This document shows positions 1 to 7,957 of a stretch of DNA of 32,000 nt, piece after piece (position 1 is the stretch's first letter; each line of letters begins with the position of its first letter). Below the pieces are notes generated by a model. The model saw nothing but the letters and a program-made list of their open reading frames with translations, was not told the DNA's origin and made no database searches. A program made the translations under genes and the position numbers. The stretch lies in the NCBI GenBank assembly GCA_001931535.1, contig CP016211.1, positions 9,438,377 through 9,470,376 of the forward strand, in the 5' to 3' direction. Source of the stretch: Minicystis rosea (lineage in GTDB: Bacteria > Myxococcota_A > Polyangia > Polyangiales > Polyangiaceae).

Positions 1-573
1 GTCACCGACGTGGACAACGACGCGACGCTCGAGGTGCTGTCGCGCGCGGCGCTGGTGCACGCCAAGGCCGGCGCCGACATCGTGGCGCCGAGCGACATGA
101 TGGATGGACGCGTGTCCGCGATCCGCCGCGCGCTCGACGGCGATGGGCACACGGACACGGCGATCCTCTCGTACGCAGTGAAGTACGCGTCGTCGTTCTA
201 CGGCCCGTTCCGCGAGGCCGCCGACTGCGCGCCGAAGTTCGGCGATCGCGCGGGATATCAGATGGATCCGGGCAACAGCCGCGAGGCGCTGCGCGAGGCT
301 CGCCTCGACGAAGAAGAGGGCGCCGACATGCTCATGGTGAAGCCCGCGCTGCCGTACCTCGACGTGCTCGCGAAGGTGCGCGCGGCGACGACGCTGCCGC
401 TCGGCGCGTACAACGTGAGCGGCGAGTTCGCGATGATCAAGGCGGCCGCGGCGGCGAACATGATCGACGAGCGCCGCGCCACGCTGGAGCTGCTCACCTC
501 GATCCGGCGCGCGGGCGCCGACTTCATCCTGACCTACCACTCCATCGACGCGGCTCGCTGGCTCGGCGCGTGA
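1..573 (+). CDS. hemB: Porphobilinogen synthase (delta-aminolevulinate dehydratase), C-terminal ~190 aa; the 5' end lies upstream of the window
   Basis: Frame 1 is open from base 1 ([11 protein letters not shown]...), with stop TGA at 571-573. HemB hallmarks are present: [68 protein letters not shown] at third codon positions is near saturation. Confidence 0.93.
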   Translation, partial: VTDVDNDATLEVLSRAALVHAKAGADIVAPSDMMDGRVSAIRRALDGDGHTDTAILSYAVKYASSFYGPFREAADCAPKFGDRAGYQMDPGNSREALREARLDEEEGADMLMVKPALPYLDVLAKVRAATTLPLGAYNVSGEFAMIKAAAAANMIDERRATLELLTSIRRAGADFILTYHSIDAARWLGA

Positions 574-584
574 GGGGCTCTGGC

Positions 585-1007
585 ATGCGCTCGCCGCTGA
601 TCTTCGCCGCGATCCTCGCCGTCACCACGCTCGGCTGCGAGACGTTCCAGCCGCGCGTCTGCGATCGCACGGCGGAGGGCAATCCGCCTTCGCGCTACAC
701 GGGGGGGACGACCGTCGACGGCGTGTACATGACCGCGGACTGGGACGGCGAGCTGCTGCTGTTCGACAAAGGCCAGCGCTACGACCTGGTGCACAACCTC
801 GGCACCACGCCGCGCTGGATCAGTTCGTGGCTGTCCTTCGAGCGCTTCGGCACGACCGACGGCGGCAAGCTCGCGGAACCGGCGGGGAACCAAGCGGTGG
901 TCGTGGAGGTGAACGACGAGATCATCCGCATCGCCAACGACAGCTGCGTCGACTACTGGATCCTCGTCACTGCAGGCGCAGGCGGCGAGCCGGTCTCGCC
1001 TCCCTGA
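585..1007 (+). CDS. Small putative lipoprotein or secreted protein, unknown function (140 aa)
   Basis: ATG at 585 (an alternative GTG at 570 overlaps the hemB stop). The N-terminus MRSPLIFAAILAVTTLGC looks like a signal peptide ending in a lipobox-like LGC. I recognise no family. Confidence 0.6.
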   Translation: MRSPLIFAAILAVTTLGCETFQPRVCDRTAEGNPPSRYTGGTTVDGVYMTADWDGELLLFDKGQRYDLVHNLGTTPRWISSWLSFERFGTTDGGKLAEPAGNQAVVVEVNDEIIRIANDSCVDYWILVTAGAGGEPVSPP

Positions 1008-1028
1008 TCACATCCGCATCACATCCGC
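1007..1028. repeat. Exact 11-nt direct tandem duplication (ATCACATCCGC x2) straddling the stop codon of the lipoprotein gene
   Basis: Read directly: 1007-1017 and 1018-1028 are both ATCACATCCGC. Confidence 0.9.
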
Positions 1029-1067
1029 GCTCGCGGCGTAGACGCGAACGACGATCCAGCGCGACGC

Positions 1068-1188
1068 GCTGATGCATCGAACGGCAGCCGCGACCACGAG
1101 GGAGCGGGCTCGAGCAACCACGTTGCGACACGTCCCAAGACGTTCGCTCATGCATCGAACTGCAGCTGCGGAGCGGCCCCGAGCAAGC
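1068..1188. repeat. Two degenerate direct copies of a roughly 45-52 nt unit, 78 nt apart
   Basis: Copy 1 (1068-1119) is GCTGATGCATCGAACGGCAGCCGCG-ACCACGAGG-GAGCGGGCTCGAGCAACC. Copy 2 (1146-1188) is GCTCATGCATCGAACTGCAGCTGCG-GAGCGGCCCCGAGCAAGC. They are the same apart from a few substitutions and a 9-nt indel. The region lies in a non-coding gap. Confidence 0.7.
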
Positions 1189-1284
1189 GCTTCGATGGCG
1201 CGCGGCGATGCGTGAAGACGCGCAATCGCTGCGGTCTCAGCGGGCACGCGGGTTGCGAAGCTCTTCCGTCGAAAGGAGGACGCC

Positions 1285-1503
1285 ATGACCTGCGAGACGA
1301 GCAGCGCTGGGCCGCCCGGCTACGGAGGTGCCATCGAGGGAGCTGTCGGTGAGCAGAACCCGCCCGAGCATGAGACGCCCGGTTACGAAGGTGGTGCTGA
1401 AGGGAAGTCCGAGCTCGGTAACCCGCCGAGCGTGTTGGAGAAGAAGACCAGGCCGGAGCCCGATGACCTGCCCATCGGGATCCCCGTCGATCAGACGGAG
1501 TGA
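1285..1503 (+). CDS. Putative small acidic Gly/Pro/Glu-rich protein (72 aa) with an internal in-frame duplication
   Basis: One of the strongest Shine-Dalgarno contexts I noted in the window: GAAAGGAGGACGCC-ATG, with AGGAGG at 1274-1279 and a 5-nt spacer. The peptide contains two related 21-codon units (PPGYGGAIEGAVGEQNPP / TPGYEGGAEGKSELGNPP). The DNA period is 63 nt (1315 vs 1378), a multiple of 3. GC2 is about 53% and GC3 about 78%, which is a coding-like gradient, though GC3 is lower than in neighbouring genes. I recognise no homology. The 3' end overlaps the convergent ABC gene by 13 nt. Confidence 0.4.
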   Translation: MTCETSSAGPPGYGGAIEGAVGEQNPPEHETPGYEGGAEGKSELGNPPSVLEKKTRPEPDDLPIGIPVDQTE

Positions 1504-3371
1504 GCCGCGCTCTTGACCGCGGCTTCCTTGGCGAACTGGAGGCTGTGCAGCTTCGCGTACAGACCGCCCGCCGCGAGCAGCGCCTCGTGCGTGCCCTGCT
1601 CGACGACGCGGCCCTTGTGGAAGACGACGATGCGATCGACGGCCCGGATCGTGGAGAGGCGGTGCGCGATGATGAGCGCCGTGCGCCCCTTCATGGCCGC
1701 GTCGAGCGCGCGTTGCAGGCGCGCTTCGGTGTCGCTGTCGACGTTGGCGGTGGCCTCGTCGAGCACCAAGATGGGCGGGTCGCGGTAGAGCGCGCGCGCG
1801 AAGGCGATGAGCTGCCGCTCGCCGGCCGAGAAGTTCCCTCCGCGCTCCAAGACGGGCGCGTCGAGGCCCTCGGGGCGGCGGAGGAAGAGATCGAGCGCGC
1901 CGATGCGATCGAGCGCGCGCTCCACCTTCTGCCGATCGGGCTCGGGATCGCCGGCCGCGATGTTCGCGGCGATGGTGCCCGGAAAGAGGAAGACGTCCTG
2001 CGGCACGACGGCGAAGCGGCGCCGCAGCTCGTCGCGCGGGATGGATCGCACGTCCTTCCCGTTCACGCGGACCGTGCCCTCGGCGACCTCGTAGAGGCGA
2101 AGGAGCAGCGACGCGACCGTGCTCTTGCCCGCGCCCGTCGCGCCCACGAGCGCGATCTTCTCGCCCGCGCGCGCCTCGAGCGACACGTCGCGCAGCACCG
2201 ACACGCCGGGCTTGTACTCGAACGTCACGTCCTCGAGCGCGAAGGCGAGATCGGGATCGCCGTCGGGCGCCACGTTCTTCTCGACGGGCGCGTCCTCCTC
2301 TTCGTTGGTGAGGAGCTGGAACACACGCTCCGCGCCCGCCATCGCCGATTGAAGCAGCGTGTAGCGCGCCGACAAATCGCGGATCGGGATGAAGAACATC
2401 TCGATGTACGCCACGAACTTGAAGAGCGTGCCGAACGAGACCTTGTCCGAGAACGAATACACGCCCGCGTACCAGAGCACCGAGGCGATGCAGATGCTCG
2501 AGATCATCTCGATGGCCGCGTCGAGCGTGGCGTCGTAGACGATCGATCGGTTGTTCGCGTCGCGGTACGCGCGGTTGATCTCGTCGAACTCCTCGGCGTT
2601 CTTCTCCTCGCGCGCGTAGGCCTGGACCACGCCGACGCCGGAGATCTGCTCGTTGAGGTACGCGTTCATCCGCGCCGTCTTGGTGCGGACCTCGCGGAAG
2701 GCGTCGCGGATGCGGCGCCGCGTCCAGTTCACCCCGATGGCGACGGGCGGCAGCGCGGCGAACGCGAGGAGCGACATCCGCCAGTTGAGCGACACCAGGA
2801 TGGCCACGATGCCGAGGAGCCGCACGAGATCGCCGAACGCGTTGAGCGCGCCGGAGGCGAACATCTCGTTGATGGCGTCGACGTCGTTGGTCACGCGCGT
2901 GACGAGGCGGCCGACGGGCGTGCGATCGAAGAAGCCGAGCTTGCGCGTGTGCAGGAAGCGGAACACGTGGCGGCGCAGATCGGCCATGGCGCGCGCGCCG
3001 GTGGTCTGCATGAGCACCATCTGCGGGAAGGAGATGAGCTGCTCGACGAGGAGCAGGCCCGCGATGATGAAGCCGGCCCGCGTGAGGCGCGCGCCGCCGC
3101 CGGTCTCGCCGATTCCATCGAGCGCGTCGCCCATGACGAAGGGCCTGAGGAGCGCCACGCCGGAGTAGAGGATGAGGAGGAAGAGCGAGATCCAGAGGTG
3201 CCGCGCGTGCGGCTTCACGAAAGGCCAGAGGGCCCTGAGCGTGCGCGCGTCGTACGCGTGCGAGAGCTGATCCTCTTCGTGGAAGCGGGTGAGCGCGTCC
3301 GCCGCGCGGCCCTGCTTGCCGCTCGGGCCGTTCTTCTTCGCGCCGTTCTGCTTGGGTGCTGCCGTGCTCAT
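1491..3371 (-). CDS. ABC exporter half-transporter (TMD-NBD fusion, 626 aa): canonical Walker B-Glu, non-canonical signature
   Basis: N-terminal six-helix type-1 exporter TMD. NBD motifs are Walker A GATGAGKST, signature FSAGERQ (instead of LSGGQ), Walker B ILVLDEAT and H-loop IIAHRL. The ATG at 3371 overlaps the upstream stop (ATGA). Confidence 0.93.
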   Translation of the reverse strand: MSTAAPKQNGAKKNGPSGKQGRAADALTRFHEEDQLSHAYDARTLRALWPFVKPHARHLWISLFLLILYSGVALLRPFVMGDALDGIGETGGGARLTRAGFIIAGLLLVEQLISFPQMVLMQTTGARAMADLRRHVFRFLHTRKLGFFDRTPVGRLVTRVTNDVDAINEMFASGALNAFGDLVRLLGIVAILVSLNWRMSLLAFAALPPVAIGVNWTRRRIRDAFREVRTKTARMNAYLNEQISGVGVVQAYAREEKNAEEFDEINRAYRDANNRSIVYDATLDAAIEMISSICIASVLWYAGVYSFSDKVSFGTLFKFVAYIEMFFIPIRDLSARYTLLQSAMAGAERVFQLLTNEEEDAPVEKNVAPDGDPDLAFALEDVTFEYKPGVSVLRDVSLEARAGEKIALVGATGAGKSTVASLLLRLYEVAEGTVRVNGKDVRSIPRDELRRRFAVVPQDVFLFPGTIAANIAAGDPEPDRQKVERALDRIGALDLFLRRPEGLDAPVLERGGNFSAGERQLIAFARALYRDPPILVLDEATANVDSDTEARLQRALDAAMKGRTALIIAHRLSTIRAVDRIVVFHKGRVVEQGTHEALLAAGGLYAKLHSLQFAKEAAVKSAAHSV

Positions 3372-5197
3372 GCTGCACCTGCCCGCGTGACGGCGCTCGA
3401 CGGCGGCGCGTCGAGCGCGCCGAGGGCCGCGAGATCTTCCTCGATGCGTTGCTCCTCGGCGAAGGCCGCGTAGACGCCGCCGTGCTTCACCAGCTCCTCG
3501 TGGGTGCCGCGCTCCACGACGCGGCCGTGATCGAGCACCACGATCGCATCACAGCGGCGCGCGGCGGCGACGCGATGAGTGATCAGGATGAGCGTGCGAT
3601 GCGCCGCCTGGCGCTCGATGGCGCCGAGGATGGCGGCCTCGGTCTTGGCGTCGACGGCCGAGAGCGGATCGTCGAGCACCAGCACCGGCGGCTCGCGCAA
3701 GAGCGCCCGCGCGAGCGCGACCCGTTGCCGCTGGCCACCGGAGAGCTGCACGCCGCGCTCGCCGACGACCGTGTCGAAGCCTTCGGGGAGCGACTCGACC
3801 TCGGCGAGCACCTCGGCCTCGGCCGCGGCGTGCCGCACGCGCTCCATGCCCTCGGGCGACTCGGGATCTTCGAGCGCGTAACCGACGTTGCGCGAGACCG
3901 TGGTGGAGAAGAGGAACGCGTCCTGCTGCGCGTACCCGATGCCCGCGCGCACGGTCTCGAGCGGCAGCTCGCAGATGTCGGATCCATCGAGATATACCGC
4001 GCCCTTCGGCGTCGGCAGGAGGCGCGCGAGGAGCACCGCGATGGTGCTCTTGCCCGACCCCGTGCGGCCCACGATCGCGAGCGACTTGCCCGCCGGGACC
4101 GTGAACCCGACGTCGTCGACCACGGTGCGCTCGCCGTACTTGAACGAGAGCCCCTCGACCCGAACCTCGCCGCGCACCACCTCGGGCTCCGGCAGCGGCC
4201 CGCTCTGCACCTCGGGCACCGCCTCGTAGATCACGCGCAGCCGCTCGTAGCCGGCGCGACCGCGCTGGATGATCGACAGCACGAACCCGAGCGCTAGCAT
4301 CGGCCACGTGAGGCGCTGGAGCGCCATCCAAAACGCCGTGAAATCGCCGGCCGTCATCGCGCCGGTGAGGAGCAGGTGGCTCCCGTACCAGAACACGACG
4401 AGCACGCCGACCGAGTTGATCCAGCCCATCATGGGGCCGAGCGATCCGCGAATCTTCGCGAGGTAGAGGCTCTTCTCGAGGTAGCTCGCGTTCTCCACCT
4501 CGAACGCCTTCTCCTCGGCCGCCTCGAGCGCGAAGGAGCGCACCACGCGCACGCCCGCGAGGCTCGCGAGCACGCGATCGCTCATCTTGCCGATGGCCTC
4601 TTGGTTCTCGCGGTTGGCGCGGAACATCCGCCCCGAGACGGCGCGCGTGGCCAGCACGAGCGCCGGGATCATGGTGAGCGCCGCCAGCGTGAGCCGGCCG
4701 GAGCTCCGGATCATCACGTAGAGCGCGCTCATGAGCGCGAAGAGCGAGCCGGCGATGTTGAGGATCCCGAAGCCGAGGAGGAGCCGCACCTGACCGATGT
4801 CGTTGGTGGCGCGGCTCATGATCTCGCCGGTCGGCATGCGCCGGAAGAAGGCGGGCCCGAGCTTGTGCAAGCGATCGAGGAGCGCGGCGCGCAGCTCGTA
4901 CTCGACGTTGCGGCCGCCGGTGAAGACGGTGATGCGCGAGAGCACACGCACGACGGCGGCGCCGATGCTCACCGCGAGCATGAGCAACGCGGCCTGCGCG
5001 CTCGCCGACACCTGGTGCGCGCGCGCGGCGTCGACCGCGGCCTTCACCAGGAGGTCACGCTTCGCCATGAAGAGCTGCTGCACGGCGAGCAGCACCACAC
5101 CGGCGACGTAGAGGTGCAGATTCCTGCGGAACTGCGCGCCCAGCCCGACCGGATGGGACGATCGCGCGGGCTCTTTCGTTGGTACGGGTTCGCTCAT
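3368..5197 (-). CDS. ABC exporter half-transporter (TMD-NBD fusion, 609 aa): canonical LSGGQ, Walker B Asp-Asp (catalytic Glu replaced)
   Basis: The real start is ATG 5197 (MSEPVPTKEP...). The 939-aa ORF in the track is an Arg/Ala-rich out-of-gene extension overlapping the next gene. Motifs are Walker A GRTGSGKST, signature LSGGQRQR, Walker B VLVLDDPLS (D instead of E) and H-loop LITHR. Its ATG overlaps the stop of the upstream gene by 1 nt (TGATG). Confidence 0.9.
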   Translation of the reverse strand: MSEPVPTKEPARSSHPVGLGAQFRRNLHLYVAGVVLLAVQQLFMAKRDLLVKAAVDAARAHQVSASAQAALLMLAVSIGAAVVRVLSRITVFTGGRNVEYELRAALLDRLHKLGPAFFRRMPTGEIMSRATNDIGQVRLLLGFGILNIAGSLFALMSALYVMIRSSGRLTLAALTMIPALVLATRAVSGRMFRANRENQEAIGKMSDRVLASLAGVRVVRSFALEAAEEKAFEVENASYLEKSLYLAKIRGSLGPMMGWINSVGVLVVFWYGSHLLLTGAMTAGDFTAFWMALQRLTWPMLALGFVLSIIQRGRAGYERLRVIYEAVPEVQSGPLPEPEVVRGEVRVEGLSFKYGERTVVDDVGFTVPAGKSLAIVGRTGSGKSTIAVLLARLLPTPKGAVYLDGSDICELPLETVRAGIGYAQQDAFLFSTTVSRNVGYALEDPESPEGMERVRHAAAEAEVLAEVESLPEGFDTVVGERGVQLSGGQRQRVALARALLREPPVLVLDDPLSAVDAKTEAAILGAIERQAAHRTLILITHRVAAARRCDAIVVLDHGRVVERGTHEELVKHGGVYAAFAEEQRIEEDLAALGALDAPPSSAVTRAGAA

Positions 5198-6564
5198 CAG
5201 CGGGCTTTGCGAGGCGCGGGGGCGATGGGCTTGCGATGCGAGCTTTGAATGGCCGGCCGCTCCGCGCGCCCCTCGATCACCGGCTCCAAATCCGACAGCT
5301 CGAGCCGCGTCGAGAGCAGCCCGAGCAGCACGCGTGCGCCGCCGCGTCCGTCGAGCTCTCCGATGACGCCGACCTTCTCGGCGAACGGCCCGGAGCACAC
5401 GCGCACGCGGCTCCCCTTGTCGAGCGTGCCGACCTTCTCGGTGCTCGCGGCCGGCGCGCCGCCGTTGCTCACCGGCTCGACCCGCGGCGGCCGCGGTGCA
5501 GCGGCAGGCGCGGGCGCTGCCTGCTCGGAGGGCGCAGGACGCGCGGGCTTGGGCGGTTTCGGCGCTTCGGGGCGCGGGCTCGGGATGGGGTGTGCCTTCG
5601 CCGGCGCGGGCTTGCCCGGCGGCGGACCGAACAACGAATCGAGCGTCGGCCGCCGCGCCATCACGGGCGCCGCACGCCGTTGCTCCTCGGCCCGAGCGAG
5701 CGCTTCTTCCGTCGAGCGACGGCGCGCCTCGGCCTGCTCGGCCCGCCACTTCTCCGTCTCCGCTTCGGCCGCGGCGTGCGCCTTGGCGCGCTCCTCTTCG
5801 GCCGATTGGATGCGGCGATCGAGCGCGATGTGATCGTTCTCCCGCGACCACGCCACGAGCCGGTAAATCGGCGCGAGCGCGATGATCGCGTCCTCGAGCT
5901 GATCGTCGAGCAGCGCCGAGTGCTCGACTGCCGTCGCGCGCTTGATCGACCAACCGATCCAGAGCGGCACCTGCCCCGCGGCGGCGCGCTCGATCATCGA
6001 TCGCATGAGCTCCGGCGTCGCCTTGCTCGCCGCCGTGCGATCGCCCTCGGCCACGCCGACGGCGAACTCGTCCGGCAGCGACGCGAGGCCGCGCATCAGC
6101 TCCGCGGTGAGCGCGTCCGCGCCCTCGGCGAGCCGCGCGCGGAGGTTGTCGACGTCGACCTGCGCCTCGGGATGCACGGCGAAGCACACCTCCACCGCGG
6201 TCGCGTCGAGCCGCAGCGCGAGGAAGGCGTGCCGCGTGTACGGGCTCGGATCGTCGATGACGGCGGCGATGGATCGCCCGCGATCGAGGAGCCGCTCCAG
6301 CTCGTCACGCGCGGCTTGATCGCGCCAGAAGAAGACCCACTGGCAATCGACGCGGTGCTTGTTGCGCAGCGACGGGTGCTCGTCGGACCCGTGCACGTCG
6401 ACGGAGATGCCGAGCTCTGCGAGGCGGGCCACGACGCCGCGCGCCCACGCGAGGGCGCGCTGCTTCACCTCGAGCCGCGGTCGCGAGAAGGCCTTGGAGG
6501 TTGCCTTCTCCGGCGCGTAGGCATCGAAGTCGAGATCGGTGAGATGAAGGGGAGAATGACCCAT
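5197..6564 (-). CDS. Hypothetical protein (455 aa): unknown N-terminal domain, charged coiled-coil-like segment, Pro-rich linker, C-terminal NusG-type KOW motif
   Basis: ATG at 6564. The C-terminal residues 384-429 (nt 5278-5415), GSRVRVCSGPFAEKVGVIGELDGRGGARVLLGLLSTRLELSDLEPV, align by eye with the E. coli NusG KOW ([49 protein letters not shown]). No NGN-like N-terminus is seen. It is the first gene of the ABC operon, joined by an overlapping stop/start. Confidence 0.8.
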   Translation of the reverse strand: MGHSPLHLTDLDFDAYAPEKATSKAFSRPRLEVKQRALAWARGVVARLAELGISVDVHGSDEHPSLRNKHRVDCQWVFFWRDQAARDELERLLDRGRSIAAVIDDPSPYTRHAFLALRLDATAVEVCFAVHPEAQVDVDNLRARLAEGADALTAELMRGLASLPDEFAVGVAEGDRTAASKATPELMRSMIERAAAGQVPLWIGWSIKRATAVEHSALLDDQLEDAIIALAPIYRLVAWSRENDHIALDRRIQSAEEERAKAHAAAEAETEKWRAEQAEARRRSTEEALARAEEQRRAAPVMARRPTLDSLFGPPPGKPAPAKAHPIPSPRPEAPKPPKPARPAPSEQAAPAPAAAPRPPRVEPVSNGGAPAASTEKVGTLDKGSRVRVCSGPFAEKVGVIGELDGRGGARVLLGLLSTRLELSDLEPVIEGRAERPAIQSSHRKPIAPAPRKAR

Positions 6565-7171
6565 GGCTTCGGCTCGGCGACGACGCTCTCGCGCCTTCTG
6601 GCGCGCAGGAGCCCGACGGAGCTCCTGCCTTCGGCGCGCCGCGAACCCGCGCGAAGGCCGCGAATCGTATCTGCGCGGCTCGCGAAATCAACGGCTCGGT
6701 GCGTCTTCTCTCGATAGGGCGCTCGGGCGGGCAGGTCGAGGCCCGCCCGCGCACGGACGGATGTCGACACCCGTCACCTCCGTGATTCGGGCGGACGCGG
6801 AAAAGCGTCGGGATGGCCCCGCGCCATCGCTTGACCACGCGGGCGGGCATGTCACCTTCCAAGTACCCACGCCTCGAACCGCCGGGGCATCGTCTCGCAA
6901 CCACGCAAGGAAAGGCAGGGCCGCATCGCGCGGCCAAAGCGCAGGACAGACGAAGCGGCACGTATGGCGCCGCACATCGAAGCTGGGGCCGTACGGTCCC
7001 GAGCCCACTCCGGCATCACCGGTCCCGAATGAGAACAAGGGCCCATATCGGGCCCCCGCTTGAAGCAGACGTTCCAAGGATTGCGCCGAAGGTCGATCGC
7101 CTCGTTGCCCAGAGGTGCTCGCCGCCGGCCGTGGTGTATTCGCCGCGGCCTCGATCCGCCGAAGAGGAGCC

Positions 7172-7882
7172 ATGGAGAACCATCGAGACGAGCACATCGT
7201 GTGCGCCGACTGCGGCGCGGATTTTCTCTTTTCTGCGGGGGAAGCCGCCGTGTTCCAGGAGCGCGGGCTCGCCGCGCCCAAGCGCTGCAAGGACTGCCGG
7301 CGCGCGCGCAAGGATCGCAATCAGGGTGATGCTGCATCGTCGCGCGGGCAGCGCGCACCGCGGAGCGGCGGCTGGAACGGCGCGGGGCACGACGCGGCGC
7401 CGCGCGGCCCGCGCTCCGATGGTGGCCGGCCGCGCTTCGGCAACGGTGGTGGGCACACCGGCGGGGCTCCTCGTTTCAATGGTCCTCCTCGCTACACGGG
7501 CGACGTGAACGAGTACCGCAGCCCGATGCAGGACGGCGGTTGGCAGCCTTCGCAATGGCAAGGCAACCGCGCTCCTTCAGGCGGCAACGGCTTCCAGCAG
7601 GCGCGCCCGCCGCGCCGCGGAGGCCCCGGCGTGTATCGTCACAACGACGGCGAGTACCGCGCTCCTTCTGGGCAGATCGAGGGTGCCGGCTTCGCGCGCG
7701 GCGATCGACCGCGCCGCCCGCCGACCGCGGAGGCCGCGGCCCCGCGCCGTCGTCCCGACGCCGAGATGTTCTCCATCACCTGCAACTCGTGCGGCTCGAA
7801 CGCCGAGGTGCCCTTCAAGCCGGCCGAGGGTCGCGAAGTCTTCTGCCAGGCCTGCTACCGCGCGCGCAAGCCGCCGGTGTGA
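7172..7882 (+). CDS. Double zinc-ribbon protein (236 aa): N-terminal CxxC...CxxC ribbon, Arg/Gly/Asn/Pro/Gln-rich low-complexity middle, C-terminal CxxC-x17-CxxC domain
   Basis: ATG at 7172 is preceded by GAAGAGGAG. The N-terminal VCADCGADFLFSAGEAAVFQERGLAAPKRCKDCRRARK matches the zinc-ribbon pattern C-x-D-C-G...F-x-F...P-K-R-C-x-x-C-R. The C-terminal CNSC-(17 aa, incl. VPFKP)-CQAC matches the CxxC-x17-CxxC family pattern. Confidence 0.85.
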   Translation: MENHRDEHIVCADCGADFLFSAGEAAVFQERGLAAPKRCKDCRRARKDRNQGDAASSRGQRAPRSGGWNGAGHDAAPRGPRSDGGRPRFGNGGGHTGGAPRFNGPPRYTGDVNEYRSPMQDGGWQPSQWQGNRAPSGGNGFQQARPPRRGGPGVYRHNDGEYRAPSGQIEGAGFARGDRPRRPPTAEAAAPRRRPDAEMFSITCNSCGSNAEVPFKPAEGREVFCQACYRARKPPV

Positions 7883-7957
7883 TGCACGCGTAGACGATCG
7901 GCGCGCCGGCCCTCGCCGCGCGCCGACGCGCGCTCGTCCCCTCTCGGGTTCCTCTCT

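Noticed and set aside
5198-6187. N-terminal 330-aa extension of the ABC gene (939-aa track ORF 3368..6187)
   Set aside because: The extension is Arg/Gly/Ala junk. It overlaps the well-behaved 455-aa KOW-protein frame. The ABC protein has a sensible start at ATG 5197, directly coupled to that gene's stop.
6565-7171. Hidden tRNA, SRP or other housekeeping RNA genes in the long gaps (6565-7171, 16587-17017, 28130-28747)
   Set aside because: I scanned by eye for T-loop GGTTCGAATCC-like boxes and for the SRP GGAAGCAGCC core, and found none. A by-eye scan is weak, so this is only a provisional negative.
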